Notes under the pieces: generated by a model | Told to the model about the DNA's origin: nothing | The model's database searches: none | What the model saw: only the letters and a program-made list of their open reading frames with translations | Position numbers and translations under genes: made by a program | Shown: piece after piece, positions 1-9,642 of the stretch | How the letters are laid out: the number at the start of each line of letters is the position of its first letter | Numbering within the stretch: the first letter of the stretch is position 1 | Assembly (NCBI GenBank): GCA_021777565.1 | Contig: JAJYDJ010000001.1 | Span: 24,431 to 88,430 of the forward strand | From: a bacterium | GTDB lineage: Bacteria; Patescibacteriota; Microgenomatia; Levybacterales; UBA12049 | Direction: 5' to 3' | DNA: 64,000 nucleotides

Positions 1-587
1 GAAAAATGAGCTCTCGAACAGGGGATATTGTCACAGTAGATGATCTGCTCGATGAAGTGAAGCATGCGGCGAGTGAATTGATGAAGGTTGACGTCCTTTC
101 TGAGAACGAGCGGGCTGATGCGCTGGAAAAAGTTACCATTGGCGCAGTCAAGCACTCAGTGCTAAAGGTCGGCACTGGCCAAAATGCAGCCTTTGATATC
201 AAAACCTCAGTCTCCCTGGAAGGCAATTCAGGCCCTTATGTCCAGTATTCCTATGTGCGAACCCAAAGTATCCTGGGGAAGGCTGGGGCATCTGAGTTAA
301 CCCAGGTCGAGGGTGAGCTCCTGCCTGAGGAAGAGGCGCTCGCCAGACAGATTTATCATTTTCCAGACGTCATCGAGCAGGCAGCCTCAGATCTGGCACC
401 TCAGGTAATCGCGACCTACCTGTTTGAGCTGTCCCAGACCTTTAACAGTTTTTACCAGAAATATCGCATTATTGAGGCTGAAAATGACGAAAAAAAGGCT
501 CAACGACTGCTTCTGACGGCTGCGGTGGGCAAGGTTTTAGCCCAAGGACTCTCCCTTTTGGGCATTGAGGCACCTGCCAAAATGTGA
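1..587 (+). CDS. argS: Arginine--tRNA ligase, C-terminal (DALR anticodon-binding) portion; the gene starts upstream of the window
   Basis: The ORF is open from the window edge. The C-terminal sequence ...YVQYSYVRTQSIL...DLAPQVIATYLFELSQTFNSFYQ... matches the ArgRS DALR domain pattern. Confidence 0.7.
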   Translation, partial: KMSSRTGDIVTVDDLLDEVKHAASELMKVDVLSENERADALEKVTIGAVKHSVLKVGTGQNAAFDIKTSVSLEGNSGPYVQYSYVRTQSILGKAGASELTQVEGELLPEEEALARQIYHFPDVIEQAASDLAPQVIATYLFELSQTFNSFYQKYRIIEAENDEKKAQRLLLTAAVGKVLAQGLSLLGIEAPAKM

Positions 588-712
588 TAAAATAGGTCAA
601 AGTGAATCAGATTTGTCTGATGCAGTGAGCTATTTAAGGCTGGAAGATGTTGGCAGGGATTTTTTAGAAGCGCTATAGCTCCTCTGAGGGTGTCCGACCT
701 CTTCATTCTTCA

Positions 713-2011
713 ATGGCTTACTCCTTTGGAAAGGGAGCTATGCAACATAAACGATTTATTCTCGAAAATGGTCTGAGGGTTATTGCTGTGCCTATGCCAG
801 GCATCGCCAGTGTGACGGTGATGGTCTTGGTGGGTGCTGGTAGCCGCTATGAAAAACGATCAACCAGTGGTATTTCTCACTTCCTTGAACACATGGCCTT
901 CAAAGGCACAGAAAAGCGCCCTAGTGCTCTTGGAATGGCAAGCCTGATAGAAGGAGTGGGTGGGGATTTTAATGCCTTTACAGGCAAAGAAGTGACAGGA
1001 TTTCACATCAAAGCTCAGAACACCCAGCTGGAGCTGTGCATGGACGTGCTTTCAGACATTCTGCAAAACTCACTTTTTGACCCAATTGAGATCAAGAAAG
1101 AGGTTGGGGTGGTCATAGAGGAGATCAACATGTATGAGGACAGTCCTATGCAGAACTTGGGTATTGTCTATGAACGGCTTCTGTATGGAGACACGCCACT
1201 TGGCTGGGACACCGGGGGATTTAAAGATGTCCTGAAAAAAGTGAACCGTGAGGATTTCTTGAAATACCTGAAGACGTATTATTCCAGTGACAATATGACG
1301 GTTGTGGTGGCTGGTGGGGTAACCCCAGAGCACGTAAAGAAAGTAGCTGATACCTATTTTGGTAGTTTGAAACAGTTTGATACACCAAAACTACAGTTGG
1401 TGTCAGAAAAACAGGACAGTCCTCGGGTTTTTATTAAAAGACAAAAGACTGAGCAGGTGCATCTGAGTATTGGATTTAGAACTGTGGGCCTTGGGCATCC
1501 TGACCAATATGCTCTGGACGTGTTGGCGACCATTATGGGTGGCGGAATGAGTAGTAGGCTATTTGGTGAAGTACGTGAAAAACACGGACTGGGCTACTAT
1601 GTGCGTACGACCAGTGATAATTATCTGGATTGTGGCACGATCGTAACGAGTGCCGGGGTAGATAAAAAGAAAGCCTACCAGGCAGTAGAAATTCTCCTTA
1701 AGGAGATTAAAAAGATCGCGATGGAGGGTGTGACTGCCGAGGAGCTGCAAAATGCCAAAGAAATGATGAACGGACACTTTGTACTGGAACTTGAGGATAG
1801 TCATGATGTGGCATCATTCTATGCACATGAAGAAATACTTGAGAAAGAACTCCTGACACCGGAGGATGTTATCGAGAAAACCAATGCCGTGACGCTAGAA
1901 CAGGTCAATGCAGCCGCCGCAAAATATCTGATCAAAGAGACACTTAATCTTGCTATCATTGGCAATTTTGCCAGTAGTGAAACATTTGAAGAGATGGCAA
2001 AGGCATACTAG
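713..2011 (+). CDS. M16-family zinc peptidase (insulinase-like)
   Basis: 432-aa ORF carrying the inverted zinc motif HFLEHMAFKGT (HxxEH) near the N-terminus. Length is typical of the family. Confidence 0.75.
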   Translation: MAYSFGKGAMQHKRFILENGLRVIAVPMPGIASVTVMVLVGAGSRYEKRSTSGISHFLEHMAFKGTEKRPSALGMASLIEGVGGDFNAFTGKEVTGFHIKAQNTQLELCMDVLSDILQNSLFDPIEIKKEVGVVIEEINMYEDSPMQNLGIVYERLLYGDTPLGWDTGGFKDVLKKVNREDFLKYLKTYYSSDNMTVVVAGGVTPEHVKKVADTYFGSLKQFDTPKLQLVSEKQDSPRVFIKRQKTEQVHLSIGFRTVGLGHPDQYALDVLATIMGGGMSSRLFGEVREKHGLGYYVRTTSDNYLDCGTIVTSAGVDKKKAYQAVEILLKEIKKIAMEGVTAEELQNAKEMMNGHFVLELEDSHDVASFYAHEEILEKELLTPEDVIEKTNAVTLEQVNAAAAKYLIKETLNLAIIGNFASSETFEEMAKAY

Positions 2012-2057
2012 TGATCTTCTTCTGGACAACAAGAACTAACTTCGATATACTTATCTT

Positions 2058-2528
2058 ATGCAAACAAGTCGTTGTGTAGTACTGGTAAAACCAGACGGCG
2101 TCCAAAGAGGACTGATTGGTGAAATTATTCACCGCTTCGAAAGAAAAGGACTTCACATGATCGGGCTGAAGATGATCGCCCTTGATGATGAAACACTGAG
2201 TGATTGGTATGTTGAGCACAAAGATAAGCCATTTTTTGGTGATTTGAAGAAATTCATGTCATCCAATCCAGTCGTTGCCATCCTTTGGGAAGGCATTGAA
2301 GCATCAGTCGCGATCCGCAACATTCTTGGTTCTACCAAAGGACGTGAAGCAGCACCTGGTACCATCCGTGGTGATTTCTCTATGAGTAAACAGTACAACA
2401 TCGTGCATGCATCAGACAGTGCAGAAGCAGGAGACCGTGAACAGAAATTGATCTTCAAAGATGATGAGATCTTCCCATGGAAGAAAATGAACCTTGATCA
2501 AATCTACGCTCCAGACGAAATGGAATAA
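2058..2528 (+). CDS. ndk: Nucleoside diphosphate kinase
   Basis: 156 aa. VLVKPDGVQRGLIGEIIHRFERKGL and NIVHASDS (active-site His) are canonical NDK motifs. Confidence 0.85.
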   Translation: MQTSRCVVLVKPDGVQRGLIGEIIHRFERKGLHMIGLKMIALDDETLSDWYVEHKDKPFFGDLKKFMSSNPVVAILWEGIEASVAIRNILGSTKGREAAPGTIRGDFSMSKQYNIVHASDSAEAGDREQKLIFKDDEIFPWKKMNLDQIYAPDEME

Positions 2529-2578
2529 GTCCTTTCCTCTTTATCTTTTCTCCCGATTGTTCTAAAATACATGTATAT

Positions 2579-2617
2579 TCCGCGATAGTCCGCCAGCTGG
2601 CGGACAGGAAGCTGTTA
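2579..2617 (+). pseudogene. Orphan 5' half of a tRNA-Asn-like gene (acceptor 5' strand, D-arm, anticodon stem-loop through position 37), then broken
   Basis: tccgcgatag...caggaagctgtta is identical to the 5' acceptor strand and anticodon stem/loop (GTT) of the intact tRNA-Asn at 2869. It has a different but self-complementary D-arm (gtcc/ggac). Identity ends exactly after anticodon-loop position 37, 2 nt before the ATG of the GIY-YIG ORF. Confidence 0.55.
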
Positions 2618-2619
2618 TT

Positions 2620-2868
2620 ATGTGGTATGTATATGCCATTTATAACAAAGAGAATAGTCAAATATATATTGGTCAAACATCGAATATTGATCGGCGGTTA
2701 AGTGAACATAATAGAAAGATTGGTAATCACTTTACTGCTAAATACAATGGAGATTGGAACCTAATATATGCGGAAGAGTGTTACTCAAGGCGAGATGCAC
2801 TTAAAAGAGAAAAAGAATTAAAAAGTTATCAGGGGAGAATGTTTATAAAAACATATATTCCCAAATGA
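2620..2868 (+). CDS. GIY-YIG nuclease superfamily protein (YhbQ/UPF0213-like, 82 aa)
   Basis: MWYVYAIYNKENSQIYIGQTSNIDRRLSEHN gives the GIY...YIG core with a conserved Arg and Glu. Size and pattern resemble E. coli YhbQ. The stop codon abuts the tRNA-Asn 5' end. Confidence 0.7.
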   Translation: MWYVYAIYNKENSQIYIGQTSNIDRRLSEHNRKIGNHFTAKYNGDWNLIYAEECYSRRDALKREKELKSYQGRMFIKTYIPK

Positions 2869-2943
2869 TCCGCGATAGCTCAACGGCAGAGCAGGAAGCT
2901 GTTAACTTCAAGGTTCCAGGTTCGAATCCTGGTCGCGGAGCCA
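2869..2943 (+). tRNA. tRNA-Asn (anticodon GTT), with encoded CCA
   Basis: Manual fold gives a 7-bp acceptor tccgcga/tcgcgga. D-stem is gctc/gagc. Anticodon loop is ctGTTaa with U33 and A37. T-arm is ccagg-ttcgaat-cctgg. Discriminator G is followed by CCA. Confidence 0.8.
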
Positions 2944-4389
2944 GAGTTGACGATCATTGCAATTGATGATCTCGTCAAAGGGTTTTAGCGCGTCATATCG
3001 GACTGTTCTACCTTCTAGTGTAAGGTTCGATAGTACGAACTTGAGTAACTGCCTTTTTTCTTCAACTTCTGAACTCATAAATAGATCGTATGCACGATTA
3101 GCTATATCCAGTATGTATTTCGTGGTGATAAAGTAGTTATCTTCTGCATCACTCAGAAGTGCCAAGCGTGACCCAATTTCTACCTTTTTATCACTCAGGT
3201 CTTGGAAGAATTTGTCATATTGATCCTCAGTAATACGCCCTTTTAGTCTATCCAAATACAGATTGTCCATCATTGTACTCGTTTCTTGTTGTTCTTTGGT
3301 CAGTTTCTTATATTGCTCATTGTGCAAGTCCATTTTTCCTTGGTGAACGCTATTAAGATTGTCTACAACCTGCCGTACTACATGTTCTGGTAGTTGTAGT
3401 CTCTTGAAGACATTTTCGAACTGCTCAGTAATAGAGGCCTCTGTAAGCCATTCTGCGCTATGTTTTCCGTTATATTGAGTACAATGATAGTAAACAATAC
3501 CTTTGTGCTTTTCTGGAGTCACTGCAAGCCCACATGTAGCGCATTTAATAAGGCCACGATAGGCATATGGTTTGCCAGCAAACTTATGCGGTATCTTATT
3601 GTATCCTGCCTTGATTCGTTGGACTTGGTCAAAAAGTTCTTGTGTAATAATCGGTTGGTATTTGTGATGATAGTATTTCCCATTCCACTTCATCATACCG
3701 TAATAAAATGTATCCTTGAGGATCTTATCTATAAATCCTTGTGACCACTTGATGCCATAATCACGATCAAGTTTCTCTCGTAAAGTCATCATGGAATATG
3801 CACCTGTGGCATAGAGCTCATATGCTTGTTTAACAATCTTTGATTGGAAGTCTTCAATCACAATCTCAGTTTTATCTTTTGCTATGGGAACTCTTTTATA
3901 GCCGTAAGATGGTCTGCTCGGATATGTACCCATTCTGAGCATTTGCTCTTGAGCTCGTTTTACATTGTCGCTGATAGCATCGGAGTAATATTTAGCGAGG
4001 CCTAGACTGATACTGAAGTTGAATTTCTCTACAGCTGATAACTGGCTATTGATTACTTGTCCGTCGGAAACAAAATGTAGTTCAATTTCATCCTTGAGTG
4101 CTTTGTCGTATAATAGTGAAACACGTTTATCAAAGACATTACGTGATAGTCTATCTACCTTATCAAAACACACTGCCACTTTCTCTTTTTGTTCAATCAC
4201 GTAATCGAGTATGTTATCAAAGTCACTACGCTGTGTTTTGTATGCACTTTCATCAAAACTGAATTCTTTGAGCATCTCAAATTCCTTATTTTGACCATAC
4301 TTTTTCATCCTAGCCATTTGAGCAGGAAGCGAGTTGTTGGCTTCTTTTTGTTCTTCTGTTGATACTCGTGCAATATATATGCTTTTCAT
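2908..4389 (-). CDS. Large serine recombinase (integrase). The 3' end overlaps tRNA-Asn antisense
   Basis: N-terminal resolvase motif YIARVSTEEQ carries the catalytic Ser. 493 aa with a Cys-rich zinc ribbon CATCG...YYHC and a coiled-coil region. The C-terminal tail is the antisense translation of the tRNA T-arm and acceptor. Confidence 0.8.
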   Translation of the reverse strand: MKSIYIARVSTEEQKEANNSLPAQMARMKKYGQNKEFEMLKEFSFDESAYKTQRSDFDNILDYVIEQKEKVAVCFDKVDRLSRNVFDKRVSLLYDKALKDEIELHFVSDGQVINSQLSAVEKFNFSISLGLAKYYSDAISDNVKRAQEQMLRMGTYPSRPSYGYKRVPIAKDKTEIVIEDFQSKIVKQAYELYATGAYSMMTLREKLDRDYGIKWSQGFIDKILKDTFYYGMMKWNGKYYHHKYQPIITQELFDQVQRIKAGYNKIPHKFAGKPYAYRGLIKCATCGLAVTPEKHKGIVYYHCTQYNGKHSAEWLTEASITEQFENVFKRLQLPEHVVRQVVDNLNSVHQGKMDLHNEQYKKLTKEQQETSTMMDNLYLDRLKGRITEDQYDKFFQDLSDKKVEIGSRLALLSDAEDNYFITTKYILDIANRAYDLFMSSEVEEKRQLLKFVLSNLTLEGRTVRYDALKPFDEIINCNDRQLWLRDQDSNLEP

Positions 4390-4466
4390 AGTGTTTGTTT
4401 ACCTACTTTATCCTGGACAGAATTTTTCCGTCCAGTTGTAAAATAGATAACTTCATCTCGTTATCA

Positions 4467-5144
4467 TTACTGAGTAAGGTGTTGGATAGCGTAATCTGCC
4501 TCTGCTTGCGTAAACTTTTCACCAGCATTAGATGTTAATTGGTCATGAATAGCTGATGGTGACATACTCATAGTATCTTGATAAGTCTTTGCTTTAGCTA
4601 GGGCGTTTGCATTCCAATCTGCTTTTACATTATCTACTGCATATTGTGCAGCGTCTGCCGAGAACTTTTCGCCATAGTCTGAGACTAACTGGTCATATAC
4701 GCCTCTTTTAGACATGTGCATGGTGTTAGCGTAAGTAGTAGCTTTGTTTAAAGCGGATGTATATTCCGCTGGCACACTTGGTTGTTTGTTTGCACTTGTT
4801 GCTGTTGGACTACTATTATTAGTTTTATCCTGTTGGACTTGTTGGCTATTTGTGTCAGGTGAGCTCATGGTAGGAGTACCTGAAGCACCAGCCATAGTAC
4901 CACCAATACCTAACAAGACAAAAAAGACTATTATCTTTAATACTCTTGATAGCTCAAAATTAGTCTTTGTTTTTAGGAACTTCACCGCTGGAGGGAAAAT
5001 AACCAAGCCTGCAAGAAGAGTAAATATACCCGTCGCTGGCTTACCAAATAGTTCACTAAGACCACCTATAACTAGTATCCCTCCTAAGCCCCAACCGAGA
5101 ATAAGTCCAAGCCCTATTTTATTTGTTTTCTTATCTGTTTCCAT
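4467..5144 (-). CDS. Ltp-family (phage superinfection-exclusion-like) membrane-anchored protein with two Ltp repeats
   Basis: N-terminal transmembrane helices and a Ser/Thr/Gln-rich linker. Two tandem repeats, ...VYDQLVSDYGEKFSADAAQYAVDNV... and ...IHDQLTSNAGEKFTQAEADYAIQHL..., match the Ltp repeat pattern QL..EGFS..EA.YAV. Confidence 0.5.
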   Translation of the reverse strand: METDKKTNKIGLGLILGWGLGGILVIGGLSELFGKPATGIFTLLAGLVIFPPAVKFLKTKTNFELSRVLKIIVFFVLLGIGGTMAGASGTPTMSSPDTNSQQVQQDKTNNSSPTATSANKQPSVPAEYTSALNKATTYANTMHMSKRGVYDQLVSDYGEKFSADAAQYAVDNVKADWNANALAKAKTYQDTMSMSPSAIHDQLTSNAGEKFTQAEADYAIQHLTQ

Positions 5145-5228
5145 TACATTTTCACCTCCTTTCGTATGTATTGTGACTTATATTCCGTAGACTAATAATC
5201 CACTTTTCTCTGATTATAGACTTGAAGC

Positions 5229-5447
5229 ATGAGCAAATCAACCCTATTAAGCAAAAAGTTTGGGGAAAGGACACGATCCTTGCGAAAACAATTGGGAATT
5301 TCCCAAGAAGAGCTAGGTTTTCAAACTGGGCTCGATAGAACCTATATCTCTGGTATCGAAAGAGGAGAAAGAAACCCCTCGTTAAAAAACATAGGCAAAC
5401 TTGCCAGAAAATTAAAAGTTTCATTGAAAGAATTGTTTTCATTTTAG
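5229..5447 (+). CDS. XRE-family helix-turn-helix transcriptional regulator (Cro/CI-like)
   Basis: LRKQLGISQEELGFQTGLDRTYISGIERGERNPSLKNIGKLARKLKVSLKELF is a classic HTH_3 pattern. Confidence 0.8.
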   Translation: MSKSTLLSKKFGERTRSLRKQLGISQEELGFQTGLDRTYISGIERGERNPSLKNIGKLARKLKVSLKELFSF

Positions 5448-6571
5448 TTAGGGAAATAGTAAGGACTTTTATAATTCGTGAGTTTCATTTGCTCGAATGT
5501 ATCTAAATAGTGTCTAACTAAAACAAAAGGACTCTTTGTTGTAGGGAGGTGAATATTATTTGTCTCTGTCATAAGTCTTTGCCAGCTTCTGTCGCGGGAT
5601 TTTCCAAACAGTTCTTTTAATTCTCGTAATGTATAGGTTTTTGTAGCTTCCATGAGCCCAACAGTTTGCAGTGCTTTAAGCATTCCCATCTTTGGATTGC
5701 TAACTATCAGATCGCTGAGTAATTGAGGAGTTGTTTTGTGCTTGTAATCAAGAATTTTGGGTATGCCTGCTTCTATTGTATCAAGGTAATAAAGGAGAAC
5801 TTTTTGTGAGATGTCCTTATTGAAGAGTTCCTTGAATGTCAGTCTTGGACTTAGACTGATAATACCAAAAAGTTGTTTCATTTTTTGTCTATTATTTAGG
5901 CGAACTTCCATACGAAGAACTTCAGGAATGGTATAACGTTTTTGATCAAAGAGATGGAGTTGTGTGGCATTGTCCTGTTCAATAGCTCGCTTCTCGCTAA
6001 TTCCTGCTGCCTGCAGATCTTTAATTTTGTCATAAAAAGCTATCTCGTATGAGTTGGCATGTATTTTATAACTGTATCCGTCATTTCTGTAATCAGTCTG
6101 GTTGATGTCTAGTGAACGTGTAACATAGGCCTCCTTTATTTTACTGATAAGATAATGAGGTGTGATGCCATCAGTAAGTGGAATGTTTTTAGAATAGTGA
6201 ATTGTGGAGACGGGCGCATTTATGAGTATTTCATAGAAAACTTTGACCCCCATTTCTTTCAGTCTACCTTGAAGGGCGAGTACAACTTTCTCAAAATTAT
6301 CCTCAGTGAGTTCATCAAAGTTGTTACCATAGAGTAGTTTCGGGGCAGAAAATTCGATAGATAGTGTACTTTCACTTCTGCCTGTGATATTAAATCGCTT
6401 TGTGAGTGTCAAACGTGGTTTGTATATCCCGTCCTTGAGTTCTGATTTAGTTGGATTCTGTACGAGCGTAAAATAGCCACGAGAAGCGTTTTGCCTTTCT
6501 CTTTGAAATAATGACAAATCAGTGAGCCAGAACATGCTGCTACTCAATGTGAGCTTTATTGTGTCTACCAT
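5444..6571 (-). CDS. Putative rolling-circle replication initiator (Rep_trans-like)
   Basis: 375 aa. LRMEVRLNNRQ and IAFYDKIKD resemble the WRVEIELKRD and IRIYNK blocks of pT181-type RepC (Rep_trans family). Weak, read by eye only. Confidence 0.35.
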   Translation of the reverse strand: MVDTIKLTLSSSMFWLTDLSLFQRERQNASRGYFTLVQNPTKSELKDGIYKPRLTLTKRFNITGRSESTLSIEFSAPKLLYGNNFDELTEDNFEKVVLALQGRLKEMGVKVFYEILINAPVSTIHYSKNIPLTDGITPHYLISKIKEAYVTRSLDINQTDYRNDGYSYKIHANSYEIAFYDKIKDLQAAGISEKRAIEQDNATQLHLFDQKRYTIPEVLRMEVRLNNRQKMKQLFGIISLSPRLTFKELFNKDISQKVLLYYLDTIEAGIPKILDYKHKTTPQLLSDLIVSNPKMGMLKALQTVGLMEATKTYTLRELKELFGKSRDRSWQRLMTETNNIHLPTTKSPFVLVRHYLDTFEQMKLTNYKSPYYFPN

Positions 6572-6839
6572 AGGGATTCATTACTTCTTCAAATTTCTCG
6601 ATAACTACTTTTTCAAGAATGGCAGCCGTCTCCTTTCTGATGGGATAAAATATATTGATATTCGCTATTCCTGTTTTTCTCGTTGGGTAGGTGAGTCTGT
6701 ATCCGCCTTCAGGACGTGTAAATATGCCTATAGAGCCAAGATAAAGACATCCATTGAACACAACGCTAGCAAACCCAACAAGGCCGTTGACTGGCTTTAT
6801 AGGAATAACTTGTACTTCGGTAATCATTACTTCTTGCAT
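6540..6839 (-). CDS. SpoVG-family protein
   Basis: ITEVQVIPIK...GLVGFASVVFNGCLYLGSIGIF..PEGGYRLTYPTR...NIFYPI follows the SpoVG pattern (V.V..I....LKAFASV.FD..FVV.D..V..G..GLFVAMPSR......DIAHPI). Confidence 0.55.
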   Translation of the reverse strand: MQEVMITEVQVIPIKPVNGLVGFASVVFNGCLYLGSIGIFTRPEGGYRLTYPTRKTGIANINIFYPIRKETAAILEKVVIEKFEEVMNPYGRHNKAHIE

Positions 6840-7161
6840 CTTTTGTTTCCTTTCGATAACTTAATACCTCTTTTGATGCATTCACTTAGTTGTTGTTTGT
6901 ACATTTCCGTGAGCAATAGCATCAGTTTTTCCTGAAATTGTTCCATTTTGCTTCCTCCTTTCTCGTTGGTCAATTTGTATAAGCAATTGAAAAAAATCTG
7001 TCAAACGTTTTAAACCATCTGCAGGTAGGACATGACCATCGGCAGGTAGTATTTGAGTTTGCTCAATTGGTTTTATTGCATTGCTTGTTTCCATTAAGCA
7101 AAGTTTATGAAAAGTGGATCGTACCTAATCGTAGAAGTTCCGTGTACGGAAAATTTTGAAG

Positions 7162-8862
7162 CTAAACTGACTTTTTATATATCGGATTTATCTTTGCGTG
7201 ATTATAGTCATACGACAGGAAGTCAGTAATGCCAGCTTTAGCTAAAGTAATTTCTATGCCACGACACGCCTCGTAATAAATGTTCTTTGTGTCCATTGTC
7301 TCATCAGTCATAGCGCCTTCTAATTCATCAACTGCTTCAGCATAATAAATGCCCTTTGGTTTCTTTATAAGTAATTTGAGCAGTGCAAGTTTCCTTGTAT
7401 CCTTTTTGAATTTTGCCATTTTGCCATTTATATCCAGCGTTGTAGTTTCATCATTGAAGGTGAATGGAATATGGTTCTTAATCTCATTTTCTTTAATTTC
7501 AGGTTCTTCTGCTAAGCTCATTGTTTCAAACTGCGCTATCTCATTGATGAGTTGCCTGTGTGCCTTGTGGAGGTATGTAATATAGTTGTCATAAACAAAT
7601 ACTTGCATTTGGTCATAGGTTGTATCCTTCAAAATGCCCTTAATTTCTTCTATAAGATGGGTCAGGTTCATTCCCTCAAACCATCGTTGGTTCTTGACGA
7701 GCTCTGAGCGCATTCCTTCATAGTCATTAAACATTTCATAAAACAGGCGTAAGTATTCCCAGGCGTTCCAGCCTCGTGTTTCTCTGAGACGTTGCATTTT
7801 TTCTAACTCAGCCTTATATGCATCATTTATTTCTAATGCGCGCCATTTGGTTGCCCTTTTCCCGTCATGTTGTTCTACCCCAAGGAGATCAAGGATAGTT
7901 TGGTTTATTGGATCTTGCCTAAAAGCATTCCAGCTTAATGTTTCGATATGTCCAAAAATACTCAACCATCCTTCTGGGTCTCCCATAACTTGTATGGTAC
8001 CTGCTCTGATTGAGAGGATTTCTCTTATATCATCTTTTTCGGAGGGATCATCTGATTGATACGTTTCTAGTTTAGGTATAAGGGCTTCTATGTATTCAAT
8101 AAGCTCGTTTTTGTATTGCTCGGCTGTTTCATAGTCAGCCTTTTTATGTACATAAAATACATCTGACAGTTGAGCTAACGTGTCGGTTGTAAGAATGTAG
8201 TTCACATATTCATAAATTGCTAAGAAGAATGGCTTGGTAGGCTTTGCGGTAAGTGCCTGTTGGTATATTGCCTCTAGATTTTGTATCCAAAGGCCTGTAT
8301 TCACTTTTTTTGTTGATTTACCAGATGCGTTAGTATTAGTGCTATGTGTGTAGGGTATATGTGCGTCTTGAGACGTATTGGAGTGTTCCTTATTATCATC
8401 TGAGTCATTATGCTTTGTGTCAGACCCTTTCTCTTCTGTTAGTTTGCTTTGTGACTGAATAGTATTTCCTGGGTGCAAATCTGATATGTCTCGAATAAGT
8501 GGTACGCTATATCTCGTGGGTACTTTGCCTGTAAATTCTTGATATTCTGGTTCACTTTGTGTTTTCAGAAAGTAATCGCTAAAAGAGGGAAGTAGGTCAA
8601 TGTGATAACAGCCATCGTCAGCGTGCTCATACGGATCATGTTCATCAAGCCATGAAGTTTCCCTTTTGGGTGCTTTGATGACCTGTAGAATCAGTTCATC
8701 GTGTTCCAGCTTGGCAAATAGCTGGCGTAATTCAACAGTACTGTATTTACGATTGAGATCATTTGTTGGATTTATAATCAAAAGTTCATTAGAAGGAGCG
8801 ATTGCTCTTGCATCGTTAAGAGCATCTAATAGAAAGTAGAGTTTTTGTTTGCCACTCATCAT
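7162..8862 (-). CDS. Hypothetical protein (566 aa) in island 1
   Basis: Long uninterrupted ORF in an AT-rich region. No recognisable motif and no Walker A. Confidence 0.5.
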   Translation of the reverse strand: MMSGKQKLYFLLDALNDARAIAPSNELLIINPTNDLNRKYSTVELRQLFAKLEHDELILQVIKAPKRETSWLDEHDPYEHADDGCYHIDLLPSFSDYFLKTQSEPEYQEFTGKVPTRYSVPLIRDISDLHPGNTIQSQSKLTEEKGSDTKHNDSDDNKEHSNTSQDAHIPYTHSTNTNASGKSTKKVNTGLWIQNLEAIYQQALTAKPTKPFFLAIYEYVNYILTTDTLAQLSDVFYVHKKADYETAEQYKNELIEYIEALIPKLETYQSDDPSEKDDIREILSIRAGTIQVMGDPEGWLSIFGHIETLSWNAFRQDPINQTILDLLGVEQHDGKRATKWRALEINDAYKAELEKMQRLRETRGWNAWEYLRLFYEMFNDYEGMRSELVKNQRWFEGMNLTHLIEEIKGILKDTTYDQMQVFVYDNYITYLHKAHRQLINEIAQFETMSLAEEPEIKENEIKNHIPFTFNDETTTLDINGKMAKFKKDTRKLALLKLLIKKPKGIYYAEAVDELEGAMTDETMDTKNIYYEACRGIEITLAKAGITDFLSYDYNHAKINPIYKKSV

Positions 8863-8978
8863 ACGTCATTACTTCTTCTTATGTATTTACTTATCAGGCA
8901 TATCTTATCAGGAGATAGGAGAATAGTAAAATATCAAATATGGTAGGAATACTTGTAACACAAGGTTTATCTGTAAAT

Positions 8979-9536
8979 CTAACGCCCCTGCGTTTGTATG
9001 TCTTGTATAATCAATTTTCTGATTTCTTCCGTTTTACTTGTATTATTTTGCTTCGCCTTTTCTTTGAGGAATTGATCTAATTTTTTTTCAAGTACAAGGT
9101 TAAACCTCGCGAATTGATCATTTTCTTCTGCCCACTTGAAGAAGTCCTTAATAATTTGGTCAATTGTGTCTACAGAATAGGTTTTTCTTACCAAATGTTT
9201 CATTTGCTCACGTGAAATAAACGATCCAATATTGGAGTTTGTATCTTTAGGGGTTAATAACAAAACAGGGATGTTTTCCTCAAACGCTATGGACATTTGT
9301 TGGCCAATAGAGGAAATATCAGATGTACATTCAAGTATTACGGCATCAGCAGACTTGATTGCTTTTAGGGTTCTTTCATACATGTCTGATAACCCTAATT
9401 CTTTACCTAAACTCTCTTCTTTAATCCAATCTCTGAGGATGATGCCTTGATTTTTTATTATTGCTTGCCTTATTTTTTTATAAGACTCAGGATTTTCTTT
9501 AAATGCAGGCAATGATCCACCAAAGTGCACTTTCAT
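8979..9536 (-). CDS. Nucleoside 2-deoxyribosyltransferase-like (LOG/SLOG-superfamily Rossmann) protein
   Basis: 185 aa. GSLPAF...NQGIIL..W...S.G.E.G..DMYER.L..I..ADAVILECTSD.SSIGQ.M.IA.E..IPVLLL matches the fold pattern of nucleoside 2-deoxyribosyltransferase-like (Nuc_deoxyri_tr2/3-type) proteins. Confidence 0.45.
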   Translation of the reverse strand: MKVHFGGSLPAFKENPESYKKIRQAIIKNQGIILRDWIKEESLGKELGLSDMYERTLKAIKSADAVILECTSDISSIGQQMSIAFEENIPVLLLTPKDTNSNIGSFISREQMKHLVRKTYSVDTIDQIIKDFFKWAEENDQFARFNLVLEKKLDQFLKEKAKQNNTSKTEEIRKLIIQDIQTQGR

Positions 9537-9642
9537 TAAAGTAATTATACTACAAAGTACAATAGTACAGTTATTCTTCTTGTTGCATTTCAGAGAAACA
9601 TGATGTACATTCGGTGTACATTATCTGTTTAGGCTATTAAAG

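Noticed and set aside
500-706. 68-aa minus-strand ORF overlapping the argS 3' end
   Set aside because: It lies antisense within a well-supported conserved gene and has no motif. Likely a spurious ORF.
5152-5442. 96-aa minus-strand ORF
   Set aside because: It is fully antisense to the XRE HTH gene at 5229-5447, which has a textbook motif. Only one can be real.
6522-6935. 137-aa plus-strand ORF
   Set aside because: Antisense to the SpoVG-like gene and to the end of the Rep-like gene. Low-complexity hydrophobic product.
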